The notes: generated from the sequence alone by a model not told the origin. A DNA stretch of 57,593 nucleotides from Flavobacteriales bacterium (GCA_947464415.1 CANHWU010000001.1:1-57593); one strand, 5' to 3'. Numbered from the stretch's first letter, positions 1 through 9,258 are shown. Translations and numbers: made by a program.

Positions 1-159
1 TATGGAAGCAAGCGCACCAATGAGAATGCGAGCATTCATTTGCACGCCAGAAAAATAAGCTTTTTACATCCTGTAAAAAAGACGCCGGTGGAGATCACTG
101 CACCTTTGCCTGAGGATGTTTTGTGGGATGAGTTTTTAAAGATTACTTATCCTACCTAA
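1..159 (+). CDS. C-terminal fragment of an RluA-family pseudouridine synthase (5' end lies outside the window)
   Basis: Frame 1 is open from the window edge to TAA at 157..159. It translates to YGSKRTNENASIHLHARKISFLHPVKKTPVEITAPLPEDVLWDEF..., and the HLHA..ISF.HP tail is typical of RluA/RluD-type synthases. Confidence 0.55.
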   Translation, partial: YGSKRTNENASIHLHARKISFLHPVKKTPVEITAPLPEDVLWDEFLKITYPT

Positions 160-186
160 GTCACATTGTAGAATCATGAAGCGGTT

Positions 187-194
187 TATATTTG
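187..194 (+). promoter_or_regulatory. Candidate Bacteroidota -7 promoter box (TATATTTG) for trxB
   Basis: Exact match to TAnnTTTG, 21 nt upstream of the trxB ATG. A TTG lies about 18 nt further upstream at 166..168. Confidence 0.35.
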
Positions 195-214
195 CGGCCT
201 AAAACAAAAACCAA

Positions 215-1159
215 ATGGAAGCGAAAGAACACATTCATTGTTTGATTATTGGGAGTGGACCTGCTGGCTACACAGCCGCTATTTACGCAGCTCGTGCGGA
301 TTTAAAGCCTGTGATGTACATGGGCAATCAGCCAGGCGGTCAGTTGATGGATACTACAGAAGTAGATAATTTCCCCGGTTATCCCAATGGAATCAAGGGT
401 CCTGAAATGATGGAGGATTTGAAAAGTCAAGCCATGCGTTTTGGAACCGATGTCAGAAATGGATGGGCTACCAAATTGGATTTCACGGGTCCCAAGCATT
501 ATGTAGAGTTTGATAATGGCAAGCATGTCGTAAGTGCAGATGCTGTGATTATTGCCACAGGTGCTAGTGCCAAATGGTTGGGATTGGAAAGTGAGTTGCG
601 ATTGAGAGATATTGGAGGAGGAGTAAGTGCTTGTGCAGTGTGTGATGGTTTTTTCTATCGCAACCAAGATGTCGCCATTGTAGGTGCGGGTGATACTGCA
701 GCAGAGGAAGCTACCTATTTGGCCAAACTCTGTAAGAAAGTGTACATGATTGTGCGTTCCGATAAAATGAGAGCAAGCAAGGCCATGCAACATCGTGTGA
801 TGAACACTCCCAATATCGAAGTGATTTGGAACGCAGTAACAGAAGAAGTGTTGGGAACGGATGGTGTGACGGGCGCAAGATTCCTTGTCAATGGTACGGA
901 AACCAGAGAAGTAGCCATCACCGGTTTCTTTGTGGCTATTGGCCACAAGCCGAATACAGATGTCTTCAAGCCATGGATCAATACAGACGAGACAGGATAT
1001 ATTATCAATGTACCCGGAACCGCCAAAACCAATATCGAAGGGGTATTTGTAGCCGGAGATGCGGCAGATAAAACCTATCGTCAGGCCATTACGGCGGCAG
1101 GTACGGGCTGTATGGCCGCATTGGATGCGGAGAGATACTTGGCCGCTAAGGGTCATTAA
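215..1159 (+). CDS. trxB: Thioredoxin-disulfide reductase
   Basis: 314 aa. FAD motif GSGPAGYTAAIYAAR, redox-active CAVCDG, NADPH motif GAGDTAAEEA, and C-terminal GVFVAGD. Confidence 0.95.
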   Translation: MEAKEHIHCLIIGSGPAGYTAAIYAARADLKPVMYMGNQPGGQLMDTTEVDNFPGYPNGIKGPEMMEDLKSQAMRFGTDVRNGWATKLDFTGPKHYVEFDNGKHVVSADAVIIATGASAKWLGLESELRLRDIGGGVSACAVCDGFFYRNQDVAIVGAGDTAAEEATYLAKLCKKVYMIVRSDKMRASKAMQHRVMNTPNIEVIWNAVTEEVLGTDGVTGARFLVNGTETREVAITGFFVAIGHKPNTDVFKPWINTDETGYIINVPGTAKTNIEGVFVAGDAADKTYRQAITAAGTGCMAALDAERYLAAKGH

Positions 1160-1210
1160 TTGACGGAAATATTTCATGAGTCAGCCAACGGAATAAATTA
1201 TCTTTGCTCC

Positions 1211-3598
1211 ATGTCTTTTTCTTTGTCCATTCATCAGCAGGGATTATCCGCTCAGCAAATTCTATTGAATGATTACCAATTGGCATGGATCAGCCGAGAG
1301 GCCTCTTTGCTAGGTCGTAAAGAGGTGCTCACAGGCAAAGCCAAGTTTGGCATTTTTGGGGATGGAAAAGAATTGGCACAAATTGCCATGGCGCGTGCCT
1401 TCAAAAAAGGAGATTGGAGATCCGGTTACTACCGCGATCAGACTTTTATGATGGCCATCGGTGCGTTAACGGTGAGGCAATATTTTGCGGCACTTTACGC
1501 CCATACGGATGTGGATCAAGAGCCCGCAAGCGGCGGAAGACAAATGGGAGGTCATTACTCCACTAGAACCATCGACGCTAACGGAAATTGGAAAAACTTG
1601 ATGGAAGAATTTAATTCTTCATCTGATATTTCTCCCACAGGCGGCCAGATGCCAAGACTCTTGGGTTTAGCACAGGCAAGTAAAATTTTTAAAAATGTAA
1701 AAGAACTCCATGATTGGGTGCAGTTCAGTGATAAGGGTAACGAGGTAGCTTTTGGTACGATTGGAGATAGTTCTACCTCGGAGGGTTTGTTCTGGGAAAC
1801 CATGAACGCGGCTACCGTTCTCAAGGTGCCCTTGTGCATGAGCGTGTGGGACAATGGTTGGGGCATCAGTGTTCCTAAAAAGCACCAAACCACAAAAGAG
1901 AGTATCTCCGATGCCTTGTCGGGTTTTGATCTGGATGATCAAGGCAACGGGATGAAAATCTTCAAAGTAAAGGGATGGAACTATCCAGAATTGGTGTTGA
2001 CCTATGCCAAGGCCGTCAAGTTTTGCCGAGAAAATCAACAACCCGTTTTGGTGCATGTGGAAGAGCTTACCCAACCGCAAGGGCACAGTACATCTGGCTC
2101 TCATGAGCGTTACAAATCCAAAGAACTTTTGGAATGGTATAAAGATTGGGATTGTTTGGAGCAAATGTCCAAGTTTATCGTGGCGCAAGGAATCGCTAAC
2201 CGTGAAGAGTTGGAGAAGATCCAAGTGGAAGCCAAGAATTTCGTCAGGGAAGAGCAAAAAGCGGCTTGGGCAGCATTCAGAAAATCTATTGATGAGGATG
2301 CAAGTGCTACCCTCGGACATTTTGAGAGCATGATGAACATCCCTGCATGCGCGGTATTGATCGATGAATTTAAAAAAATCAAAGATCCCGGCAGAAAGGA
2401 GATGATGTCCTACCTCCACAAAGTGGTGAGAGCCGCCAAGGGACAGGGCAATATCCAAGGATTGAAGAATTGGATGTTGTATTTAAAGACAAAGTTTGAA
2501 AAGTTATATAGTGCCGAATTATACAGTGAGACCAATCATGCAGCAGTAAATATTGTTTCAGAAGCTCCGGTATATGATGAGCAGTCTGAATGGGTAGATG
2601 GTCGCGTTATCCTCAGAGATTTTTGGGACATCCAATTGGCCAAGCGTCCAGAGGTATTGATTTTTGGAGAAGATGTGGGAAAGATCGGAGGAGTGAATCA
2701 GACCTGTGAAGGCTTGCAGGAGAAATACGGTGAGATCAGAGTAGCAGATACTGGAATCAGAGAGGCTACCATTTTGGGTCAAGCCATTGGTATGGCCATG
2801 AGAGGATTGAGGCCGGTGGCAGAAATTCAATATTTGGATTATATCTATTATGCTCTACAAATCATGCGAGATGATTTGGCCAGTGTGCGTTATAGAACAG
2901 CGGGTGGACAAAAAGCACCGGCTATCATCAGTACCCGGGGTCATCGTTTGGAAGGTATTTGGCACAGCGGAAGTCCCATGTCGGCTATCGTCAGCAGTGT
3001 AAGAGGGATGGTAGTAGGAGTGCCCAGAAATATGACCCATGCCGCGGGGATGTATGCCACTTTGTTGGAAAGTGATGAGCCCGCATTGATTGTAGAGTGT
3101 TTGAATGGCTACCGAACCAAAGAGCGAATGCCCAAAAATTTGAGCAGCTTCAAAATCCCTGTTGGCATCTCGGAAGTGGTGAATGAAGGTACGGATATCA
3201 CCTTGGTTTCTTATGGATCAACGCTCAATATTTGTCTTCAAGTGGTGAAGGAGTGGGAGCAAGAGGGAATATCTGTCGAAGTGGTGGATGTACGAACACT
3301 GCTGCCTTTGGATACAACCGAAATTTGTTTGAATTCACTGAAAAAAACTAATCGCTTGGTCATCATTGATGAGGATGTTCCAGGTGGAGCCAGTGCGTAT
3401 ATTTTGGATCATATTTTGAATAAACAAGGGGGCTACCAGTACTTGGATGCAGCACCCGTTACTTTGACCGCTAAGCCGCATTTACCCGCATACGGAACGG
3501 ATGGTGATTATTTCAGTAAACCATCGGCAGAAGATATTTTTGAGGTTATCTACAATGTGATGTCAGAAGCTTTTCCTGCACGATTTCCAAAAATTTAG
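1211..3598 (+). CDS. Fused alpha/beta E1 component of a 2-oxoacid dehydrogenase (TPP-dependent)
   Basis: The N-terminal half has a TPP-binding pattern (IGDSSTSEGLFWETMNAA). The C-terminal half is transketolase-like (ADTGIREATILGQAIGMA, PRNMTHAAGMY). The ORF opens at TTG 1160; the first ATG is 1211 (MSFSL...). Confidence 0.85.
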   Translation: MSFSLSIHQQGLSAQQILLNDYQLAWISREASLLGRKEVLTGKAKFGIFGDGKELAQIAMARAFKKGDWRSGYYRDQTFMMAIGALTVRQYFAALYAHTDVDQEPASGGRQMGGHYSTRTIDANGNWKNLMEEFNSSSDISPTGGQMPRLLGLAQASKIFKNVKELHDWVQFSDKGNEVAFGTIGDSSTSEGLFWETMNAATVLKVPLCMSVWDNGWGISVPKKHQTTKESISDALSGFDLDDQGNGMKIFKVKGWNYPELVLTYAKAVKFCRENQQPVLVHVEELTQPQGHSTSGSHERYKSKELLEWYKDWDCLEQMSKFIVAQGIANREELEKIQVEAKNFVREEQKAAWAAFRKSIDEDASATLGHFESMMNIPACAVLIDEFKKIKDPGRKEMMSYLHKVVRAAKGQGNIQGLKNWMLYLKTKFEKLYSAELYSETNHAAVNIVSEAPVYDEQSEWVDGRVILRDFWDIQLAKRPEVLIFGEDVGKIGGVNQTCEGLQEKYGEIRVADTGIREATILGQAIGMAMRGLRPVAEIQYLDYIYYALQIMRDDLASVRYRTAGGQKAPAIISTRGHRLEGIWHSGSPMSAIVSSVRGMVVGVPRNMTHAAGMYATLLESDEPALIVECLNGYRTKERMPKNLSSFKIPVGISEVVNEGTDITLVSYGSTLNICLQVVKEWEQEGISVEVVDVRTLLPLDTTEICLNSLKKTNRLVIIDEDVPGGASAYILDHILNKQGGYQYLDAAPVTLTAKPHLPAYGTDGDYFSKPSAEDIFEVIYNVMSEAFPARFPKI

Positions 3599-3612
3599 CG
3601 ATATTGCGGTGC

Positions 3613-6444
3613 ATGAACCGTAATCTAGTTTTCTTTTTTATCTTCTTTTTATTGAATGCATGGGCACAAGCTCAGACTGTCTCTGGTGTGGTATTGGATA
3701 AAGACACCCAGCAACCGATGATCGGTGTGGCAGTAGGTGAGAAAGGCACAGGCAATGGAGTTTCTACCGATGCGCAGGGTAAATTCAAAATCACCCCTTC
3801 TCAATTTCCTTGTGTTTTGCAATTCTTCTTTGTGGGAAGTCAATCGGTGGAATTAACATTCAAGAAAGCTATTGATGGAGTAAAAGTAGAGATGTTGAGC
3901 GATGAGCAAATGAAAGTTTTGGATATCCAAGGAGAGAAGATTGCGGAAAAAATAAAGCAAGGTCCCTTGACCATCGAAAGCATGGACTTGACTGCCATCA
4001 AGCAAGCGGCCACCGGTAATTTTTATGAGAGTCTGGGCTCATTGAAAGGGGTGGATTTGACTACGGCTTCTTTGGGCTTCAGAATTATCAATACCAGAGG
4101 TTTCAATTCTACTTCGCCTGTAAGGACACTCCAGATCATTGATGGGGTGGACAATCAATCACCAGGTCTCAATTTCTCTTTAGGGAATTTCTTGGGAGCG
4201 CCGGACTTGGATGTCAAAGGAGTGGAAATAATCCAAGGAGCCAGCAGCGCGTATTATGGCCCCGGTGCTTTCAACGGAGTAGTGGCAATGGAAACCAAGA
4301 ATCCCTTTTTGTTCAAAGGTTTTTCGTTTCAGCGTCGGGTGGGTGAAAGAAATTTAGATGAGTTCGCTGTGCGCTGGGCAGATGCTATTCAAAATAAGAA
4401 AGAGGAAGATGTTTTGGCATTTAAGTTTAATTTCTACGGTCTTCGCGCGTATGATTGGGAGGCGGACAATTACGATCCTGCCGATATCTCACCGGACAAG
4501 GCCAACAATCCCGGTAGATGGGATGCGGTGAATATGTATGGTGATGAGTATTTCCCTGCCAATGATTTTTCTACCTCCTCTCCATGGAATTATAAGGGAC
4601 TCGGTACTTTTTACAGAACGGGTTATAAAGAAATTGATTTGGTGGATTATAACACGAAGAATTATAAGGCCAATGGAGCGGTGCATTGGCGATTGAATCC
4701 TTCCTTGATGGAACAAAGTCCGGAGTTGATGATTGGAGGGAATGTTGGAGGAGGTACTACCGTTTATCAAGGAGATAATCGATTTAGCTTGAGGGACATT
4801 TTGTTTTATCAGGGAAAAGTGGAGTTGAGTAAGAAAGATAAATACTTCATCAGAATCTACGGTACAGGAGAGAATGCAGGAAAGAGTTTTGATCCTTATT
4901 TCACCGCCATGAAGTTGTTGAATGAAGCGCGCAGCAATGAAGATTGGGCAAAAGTATATACCAAGTATTGGAATCAATATGTCAATCCCAAGATCAACGC
5001 CTTGGGCTATCCAGATTTGGAAATCAATCCCAATTGGCCAGGTCCGGTGGCGGATCCCACTTATTCCCAGTTTTATTTGCCTTATGATTATGAAGGGCTG
5101 GAAAATTGGAATGCACAGTATCAAGATTCTTTGGTAGCATGGCACAATACTGTGGCGGAAATGACCAATAATGGCACGGCAGGAATCCCTATGGAAAATA
5201 CTTTGGGTTACTACGCACCGGGTACCTCTCAATTTGACGAGGCCTTTCAGCGCATTACCAGTGCAAAAAATAATGCTGAGGAGCAAGGGACACGCTTTTC
5301 CGATCGATCGGCTTTATACAATGGGCAGGCACAATACCAATGGGATTGGAGTGGCTGGATGATGAAGGCAGGGGCAAGTGGTAGATTGTATCGTCCCTAT
5401 AGTTTAGGTACTATTTTTTCTGATACTACAGAGCGAATCACTACCTACGAATTTGGATTTTATCAAGGAGTGGAGAAACATTGGTGGGAGGATAAAATCA
5501 TCACCACCGCTACATTGCGTGTAGATAAAAATAAGAATTTCAATTGGATTTGGAGTCCAGCCGCCTCCGTGGTTTTCAAGCCGATAAAAGACCATTACTG
5601 GCGTCTTTCTTTTTCATCAGCATTGAGAAATCCAACTCTAACAGATCAATATTTGTTTTTGAATGTAGGACCCGCCATACTGAGCGGAAATTTAGAGGGT
5701 GCGGATTCATTGATTACTTTAGATTCGTTTTTGGATTATCGGAATAGTTTGGATACGGATAAACTCACCTATTTTTCCATTGATCCGCTGCGTCCGGAGA
5801 GAGTGAAGTCTATCGAGTTGGGATACCGTGGAGCTTTTTTTAATAAGCTCTTTGTCGACTGGAGTGGTTATTACAGTATTTATGATGACTTCATTGGATA
5901 CAATATTGGTATCACTTCAGATTTTGATCCACTTACAGGTTTGCCATCCAATATCCAAGTTTATCGCTACGCGGCGAATTCCAAAAATCAAGTGACTACT
6001 ACTGGATTAAGTTTGGGTTTGCATTATTATCTGAACGATCATCACACTTTGAATTTTAATTATTCATTTAATCAGTTATTGAAAGAATCAGAGGTATTTG
6101 ATCCTATCATTCCGGCCTTCAATACCCCTAAACATAAATTTAATATTGGGATCAATGGAGAGCATTTGATGGAACAAACCAATGGAAATGATTGGGGCTA
6201 TAGTTTAAACTACAAATGGATTGAAGGATTCCTCTTTGAAGGTTCACCGCAGTTTACAGGAATGATTCCAACGTATGATTTAGTAGATGCACAAGTAAAT
6301 TATCAGATAAGAAAAGCCAACTTAAATGTTAAGTTGGGAGCATCCAATTTGATGAACAATATGCAATTCCAAACTTATGGTGGTCCACGTATTGGAAGAT
6401 TGGCTTATATTAGCCTTCGTTATGAATTTCAAAAAACAAAATAA
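3613..6444 (+). CDS. TonB-dependent receptor with N-terminal carboxypeptidase-regulatory-like domain
   Basis: Signal peptide MNRNLVFFFIFFLLNAWAQAQ, CarbopepD_reg-like VSGVVLDKDTQQPMIGVAV, plug motifs (IIDGV, GVEIIQGASSAYYGPGAFNGVV), and a C-terminal beta-barrel ending in an aromatic-rich strand. Confidence 0.85.
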   Translation: MNRNLVFFFIFFLLNAWAQAQTVSGVVLDKDTQQPMIGVAVGEKGTGNGVSTDAQGKFKITPSQFPCVLQFFFVGSQSVELTFKKAIDGVKVEMLSDEQMKVLDIQGEKIAEKIKQGPLTIESMDLTAIKQAATGNFYESLGSLKGVDLTTASLGFRIINTRGFNSTSPVRTLQIIDGVDNQSPGLNFSLGNFLGAPDLDVKGVEIIQGASSAYYGPGAFNGVVAMETKNPFLFKGFSFQRRVGERNLDEFAVRWADAIQNKKEEDVLAFKFNFYGLRAYDWEADNYDPADISPDKANNPGRWDAVNMYGDEYFPANDFSTSSPWNYKGLGTFYRTGYKEIDLVDYNTKNYKANGAVHWRLNPSLMEQSPELMIGGNVGGGTTVYQGDNRFSLRDILFYQGKVELSKKDKYFIRIYGTGENAGKSFDPYFTAMKLLNEARSNEDWAKVYTKYWNQYVNPKINALGYPDLEINPNWPGPVADPTYSQFYLPYDYEGLENWNAQYQDSLVAWHNTVAEMTNNGTAGIPMENTLGYYAPGTSQFDEAFQRITSAKNNAEEQGTRFSDRSALYNGQAQYQWDWSGWMMKAGASGRLYRPYSLGTIFSDTTERITTYEFGFYQGVEKHWWEDKIITTATLRVDKNKNFNWIWSPAASVVFKPIKDHYWRLSFSSALRNPTLTDQYLFLNVGPAILSGNLEGADSLITLDSFLDYRNSLDTDKLTYFSIDPLRPERVKSIELGYRGAFFNKLFVDWSGYYSIYDDFIGYNIGITSDFDPLTGLPSNIQVYRYAANSKNQVTTTGLSLGLHYYLNDHHTLNFNYSFNQLLKESEVFDPIIPAFNTPKHKFNIGINGEHLMEQTNGNDWGYSLNYKWIEGFLFEGSPQFTGMIPTYDLVDAQVNYQIRKANLNVKLGASNLMNNMQFQTYGGPRIGRLAYISLRYEFQKTK

Positions 6445-6448
6445 ACCA

Positions 6449-7987
6449 ATGATTATGAGAAAAATCTACTCAATTTTCTTTTTATTGCTTGCCTTGAGTA
6501 TTCAGCAAATGCAAGCGCAAACGAGGTATTTGAATCCCGTATTTACTGATGTGGACGTGGAAACGGATGTTATGTACGGAATGAACGCGACGGTTTTATA
6601 TTACAGCGTAATTGGACAAGCCGTTCCAGAGCCTTTGATGATGGATGTTTATACCCCAGCGGGAGACGTTGAAACGTCTCGTCCTTTGATGATCTATTTA
6701 CATTCAGGAAATTTCTTGCCTGCTAGCTATACTACAGGTGGCACTAGAAAAGATTCTGCGACAGTGGAGATTTGTACTCGTTTCGCTCAGATGGGATATG
6801 TGGTGGCTTCATGTGACTATCGTTTGGGATGGAATCCTATTGCAGAAACGCAAGATGAGCGTGTTACTACCTTGATCAATGCGGCGTATCGCGGAGTGCA
6901 AGATGTGAGAACCGCTGTAAGATATTTCAGAAAATCTTATCAAGATGCAGGAAATCCTTATGGAATTGATACTTCTAGAATTGTTGTTACGGGACAAGGA
7001 ACAGGTGGTTATATTGCTTTGGCAAACGGTACATTGGATGCTTATGCCGATGTGGTATTACCTAAGTTTACTCATGAAGTGCAAACTCCAGGTGGACCTG
7101 TGACTTTGCCCATGGTTATTGAGTCGGTGAACGGAAATTTGGATGGAACCGCATACGGAACTACACTTGGGTTCGTTGCTCCGGGAACAGAAGATACTCT
7201 TTGCTATCCAAATCATGTGGGTTTTGATTCTCATGTACATGCTACGGTCAATATGGGCGGTGCATTGGGAGATTCCTCTTGGTTTGATGCCGGTGATGGT
7301 CCTTTCATTTCCTTCCAGGTTCCTTCAGATCCTTTCGCTCCCTATGGAGATGGAATGGTGATTGTACCCGGTTTTAACTTGAATGTAGTGGAGGTGAGTG
7401 GAAGTTTGACGGTGCAAGAAATGGCCTATCAGTTTGGTAACAATGATGTATTCTATCCTATGGAATCTTCGAGCATCAACGCGGCTTATACTGCGGGTGC
7501 TAATTTGCACAACAATGGTTTGTATGGTTTGTATCCTTTTGTTCGTCCAGTAACTCAACCCGCTGATAGCGCACCTTGGGACTGGTGGGATTTGACAGAC
7601 GAATCTAGTGCCAATGCGTTACAAGCCAATCCAGATATGTCCGCGACCAAAGGAAGAGCATTTTGTGATACGATTGTGAATTATTCAGCTCCACGTTTGA
7701 TGTGTGCTTTGAATTTGCCCAACTCACCCTGCTTGCAGTCTGTTTCTGAGTTAGCGAGCAAAGGATTCAATGTGTATCCTAATCCTAGCAATGGACAGTT
7801 CATGGTATCTGCTCAAGAGGGCATCGAGTCTGTTGTGATGTACAATGGCTTTGGACAAATCATTCACCAAGCAATGGGTTTGAATACTCGTCAATGGATC
7901 AATACTGAAGACTTGGCGGCTGGTGTATATTTGATAGAAGTTCAATCAAAGGGAAGAAAATCCACCCAGCGATTAATTGTTCAATAG
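6449..7987 (+). CDS. Secreted alpha/beta-hydrolase-fold (fold-3/esterase-like) protein with T9SS C-terminal sorting domain; nucleophile motif non-canonical
   Basis: Signal peptide MIMRKIYSIFFLLLALSIQQMQAQ. Core motifs LHSGNF ... CDYRLGW ... VVTGQGTGGY resemble HGGGF/DYRL/GDSAGG. The last ~72 aa (YPNPSNGQFMV...GVYLIEVQSKGRKSTQRLIVQ) form a type-A T9SS CTD. The start was chosen 4 nt after the upstream stop; the ORF track start 6377 overlaps the receptor gene. Confidence 0.7.
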   Translation: MIMRKIYSIFFLLLALSIQQMQAQTRYLNPVFTDVDVETDVMYGMNATVLYYSVIGQAVPEPLMMDVYTPAGDVETSRPLMIYLHSGNFLPASYTTGGTRKDSATVEICTRFAQMGYVVASCDYRLGWNPIAETQDERVTTLINAAYRGVQDVRTAVRYFRKSYQDAGNPYGIDTSRIVVTGQGTGGYIALANGTLDAYADVVLPKFTHEVQTPGGPVTLPMVIESVNGNLDGTAYGTTLGFVAPGTEDTLCYPNHVGFDSHVHATVNMGGALGDSSWFDAGDGPFISFQVPSDPFAPYGDGMVIVPGFNLNVVEVSGSLTVQEMAYQFGNNDVFYPMESSSINAAYTAGANLHNNGLYGLYPFVRPVTQPADSAPWDWWDLTDESSANALQANPDMSATKGRAFCDTIVNYSAPRLMCALNLPNSPCLQSVSELASKGFNVYPNPSNGQFMVSAQEGIESVVMYNGFGQIIHQAMGLNTRQWINTEDLAAGVYLIEVQSKGRKSTQRLIVQ

Positions 7988-8007
7988 TGGTCTTAACGGT
8001 TAATTTT

Positions 8008-8033
8008 AAAGGGGAGCAACGCTCCCCTTTTTT
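8008..8033 (+). terminator. Rho-independent terminator after the hydrolase-like gene
   Basis: GGGGAGC (8011..8017), AAC loop, GCTCCCC (8021..8027), then T6. Confidence 0.7.
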
Positions 8034-8282
8034 CATTGTAATGTTTATGTCTTTTGAGAATAGATTATGCAAATTGACCTATCGATAGCTTGGATCATCA
8101 ATGGTTCTACTTGCATAGCATATACTTTTCTCTGAGAATAGGGGGGCAGCTAAAAAGGTTGTGATTCTTCTGAGGTCTTCAGAACCTATCGTTGATTTGG
8201 TGTATGGCTGGCTGGATTATATTCAAACCTCAACTCCGCTGTTCGCATTTGGAATGTAAAGGAGTGTTCATTATTGTACAAC

Positions 8283-8310
8283 AAAAAAGGGTTTCACTAT
8301 GAAACCCTTT
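8283..8310 (-). terminator. Rho-independent terminator for the DUF1573 gene pair / giant adhesin operon
   Basis: AAAGGGTTTC (8286..8295), ACTAT loop, GAAACCCTTT (8301..8310). On the minus strand it is followed by a T6 run, 22 nt past the stop at 8332. Confidence 0.65.
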
Positions 8311-8331
8311 AAGAAAAAACTGAATGATTTT

Positions 8332-8793
8332 TTAGTTGTGCGGAGCGCCACCTTGATCTTTTACAGGCATTCCTCCAGGGGCTGGCGCGTTAGGATCAGG
8401 TTCTACAGTTCCTTTGATTCTCACTACCATCACGGGTTCATTTACCGCATTAGAGTGAATGGAAACCGATTTATCGATAGGTCCAGGACGCTTGGTGTCA
8501 TATTTCACAGAAATACTAGTGGATGCTCCTGGAGCAATGGGATTCGGCTCACAAGTTGGAACGGTGCATCCGCAAGAGCCTTTGCATTTTGATAATATTA
8601 AGGGTTCAGTTCCAGTATTGGTAACTTTGAATTCACACGTTCCATTTCCACCGTATGGAACTGTACCGTAATTGTGCACTTCCTTGTCTACTGAGATGGC
8701 GGGGCCAGTTACCACTGGAGTTTGTGCAGTGACTACATTGCTGAACATCAAACTCGATGCGGCGATGCTAAAAGTAATTAATAATTTTTTCAT
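8332..8793 (-). CDS. DUF1573 domain protein (secreted)
   Basis: 153 aa with a signal peptide. Hallmark is F.V.NTG..PL.L..CKGSCGCTVPTCEPNPIAPG. It has a Pro/Gly-rich C-terminal tail and is a paralogue of 8851..9258. Confidence 0.8.
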   Translation of the reverse strand: MKKLLITFSIAASSLMFSNVVTAQTPVVTGPAISVDKEVHNYGTVPYGGNGTCEFKVTNTGTEPLILSKCKGSCGCTVPTCEPNPIAPGASTSISVKYDTKRPGPIDKSVSIHSNAVNEPVMVVRIKGTVEPDPNAPAPGGMPVKDQGGAPHN

Positions 8794-8850
8794 GTGATTA
8801 AATTCCTATTGAGTTTTAGATTATAAAATGAATGTATTGAATGTGGTAAT

Positions 8851-9258
8851 TTATTCAACCACCTCACCTTTGATGGTAAGCACGGTAGACTTAACATCGG
8901 TACCATTCCACATTACTGTTACAGTTTTGGTAAAGGGTCCCATTCTCATGGTGTCGTAATGTACTTTGATTTCTGTAAAGGCACCGGGAGCAATAGGATT
9001 CTTGTCACAGCTAGGAGTGGTGCATCCACAAGATCCTTGGCAATTGCTGATTTCAAGAGGCTGATCTCCGGTGTTGTAAATAGTGAACACACAATTGCCA
9101 TCAGAAGCTTTCTTGATGGTTCCAAAATTATGCTCTGTTTTATCCGGAGTGAGCATCGGGGCTCCAACGGTAGTGATTTTGGGGGCTTTGGTCTGTTGTG
9201 CAAAACTAGCAGTGGTAGCTGCGGCCATGATAGCAATGGCAAGAATAACTTTTTTCAT
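8851..9258 (-). CDS. DUF1573 domain protein (secreted)
   Basis: 135 aa. Signal peptide MKKVILAIAIMAAATTASFAQ and motif CQGSCGCTTPSCDKNPIAPG. It starts 23 nt after the stop of the giant gene. Confidence 0.8.
   Translation of the reverse strand: MKKVILAIAIMAAATTASFAQQTKAPKITTVGAPMLTPDKTEHNFGTIKKASDGNCVFTIYNTGDQPLEISNCQGSCGCTTPSCDKNPIAPGAFTEIKVHYDTMRMGPFTKTVTVMWNGTDVKSTVLTIKGEVVE

Noticed and set aside
302-1177. A 291-aa ORF antisense to trxB. Similar long antisense ORFs lie at 1667..2458, 4489..5286, 25626..26231, 34040..34516 and 43269..43856.
   Set aside because: Each lies entirely opposite a CDS with strong family motifs. Their translations are low-complexity, Cys/His/Ile-rich and lack any recognisable motif or signal. 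They are typical shadow ORFs.
6377-6448. The longer start for the hydrolase-like gene (ATG 6377), which overlaps the TonB receptor by 68 nt.
   Set aside because: The extra residues (MVVHVLEDWLILAFVMNFKKQNKP) precede a perfect signal peptide that begins at ATG 6449, just after the receptor stop. The downstream start is more parsimonious.
8067-8135. A 22-codon hydrophobic ORF (MQIDLSIAWIINGSTCIAYTFL) in the orphan spacer, a possible type I toxin-like peptide. A 32-codon ORF lies at 8204..8302.
   Set aside because: There is no promoter box and no antisense-RNA architecture. The second ORF runs through a terminator hairpin. ORFs of this size are expected by chance.
8299-8592. A 97-aa plus-strand ORF (MKPFKKK...) and other ORFs of 60-140 aa overlapping the DUF1573 genes (8459..8671, 8946..9242, 8959..9381, 9083..9274).
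   Set aside because: All are antisense or out-of-frame shadows of the two DUF1573 CDSs, which have signal peptides and family motifs.
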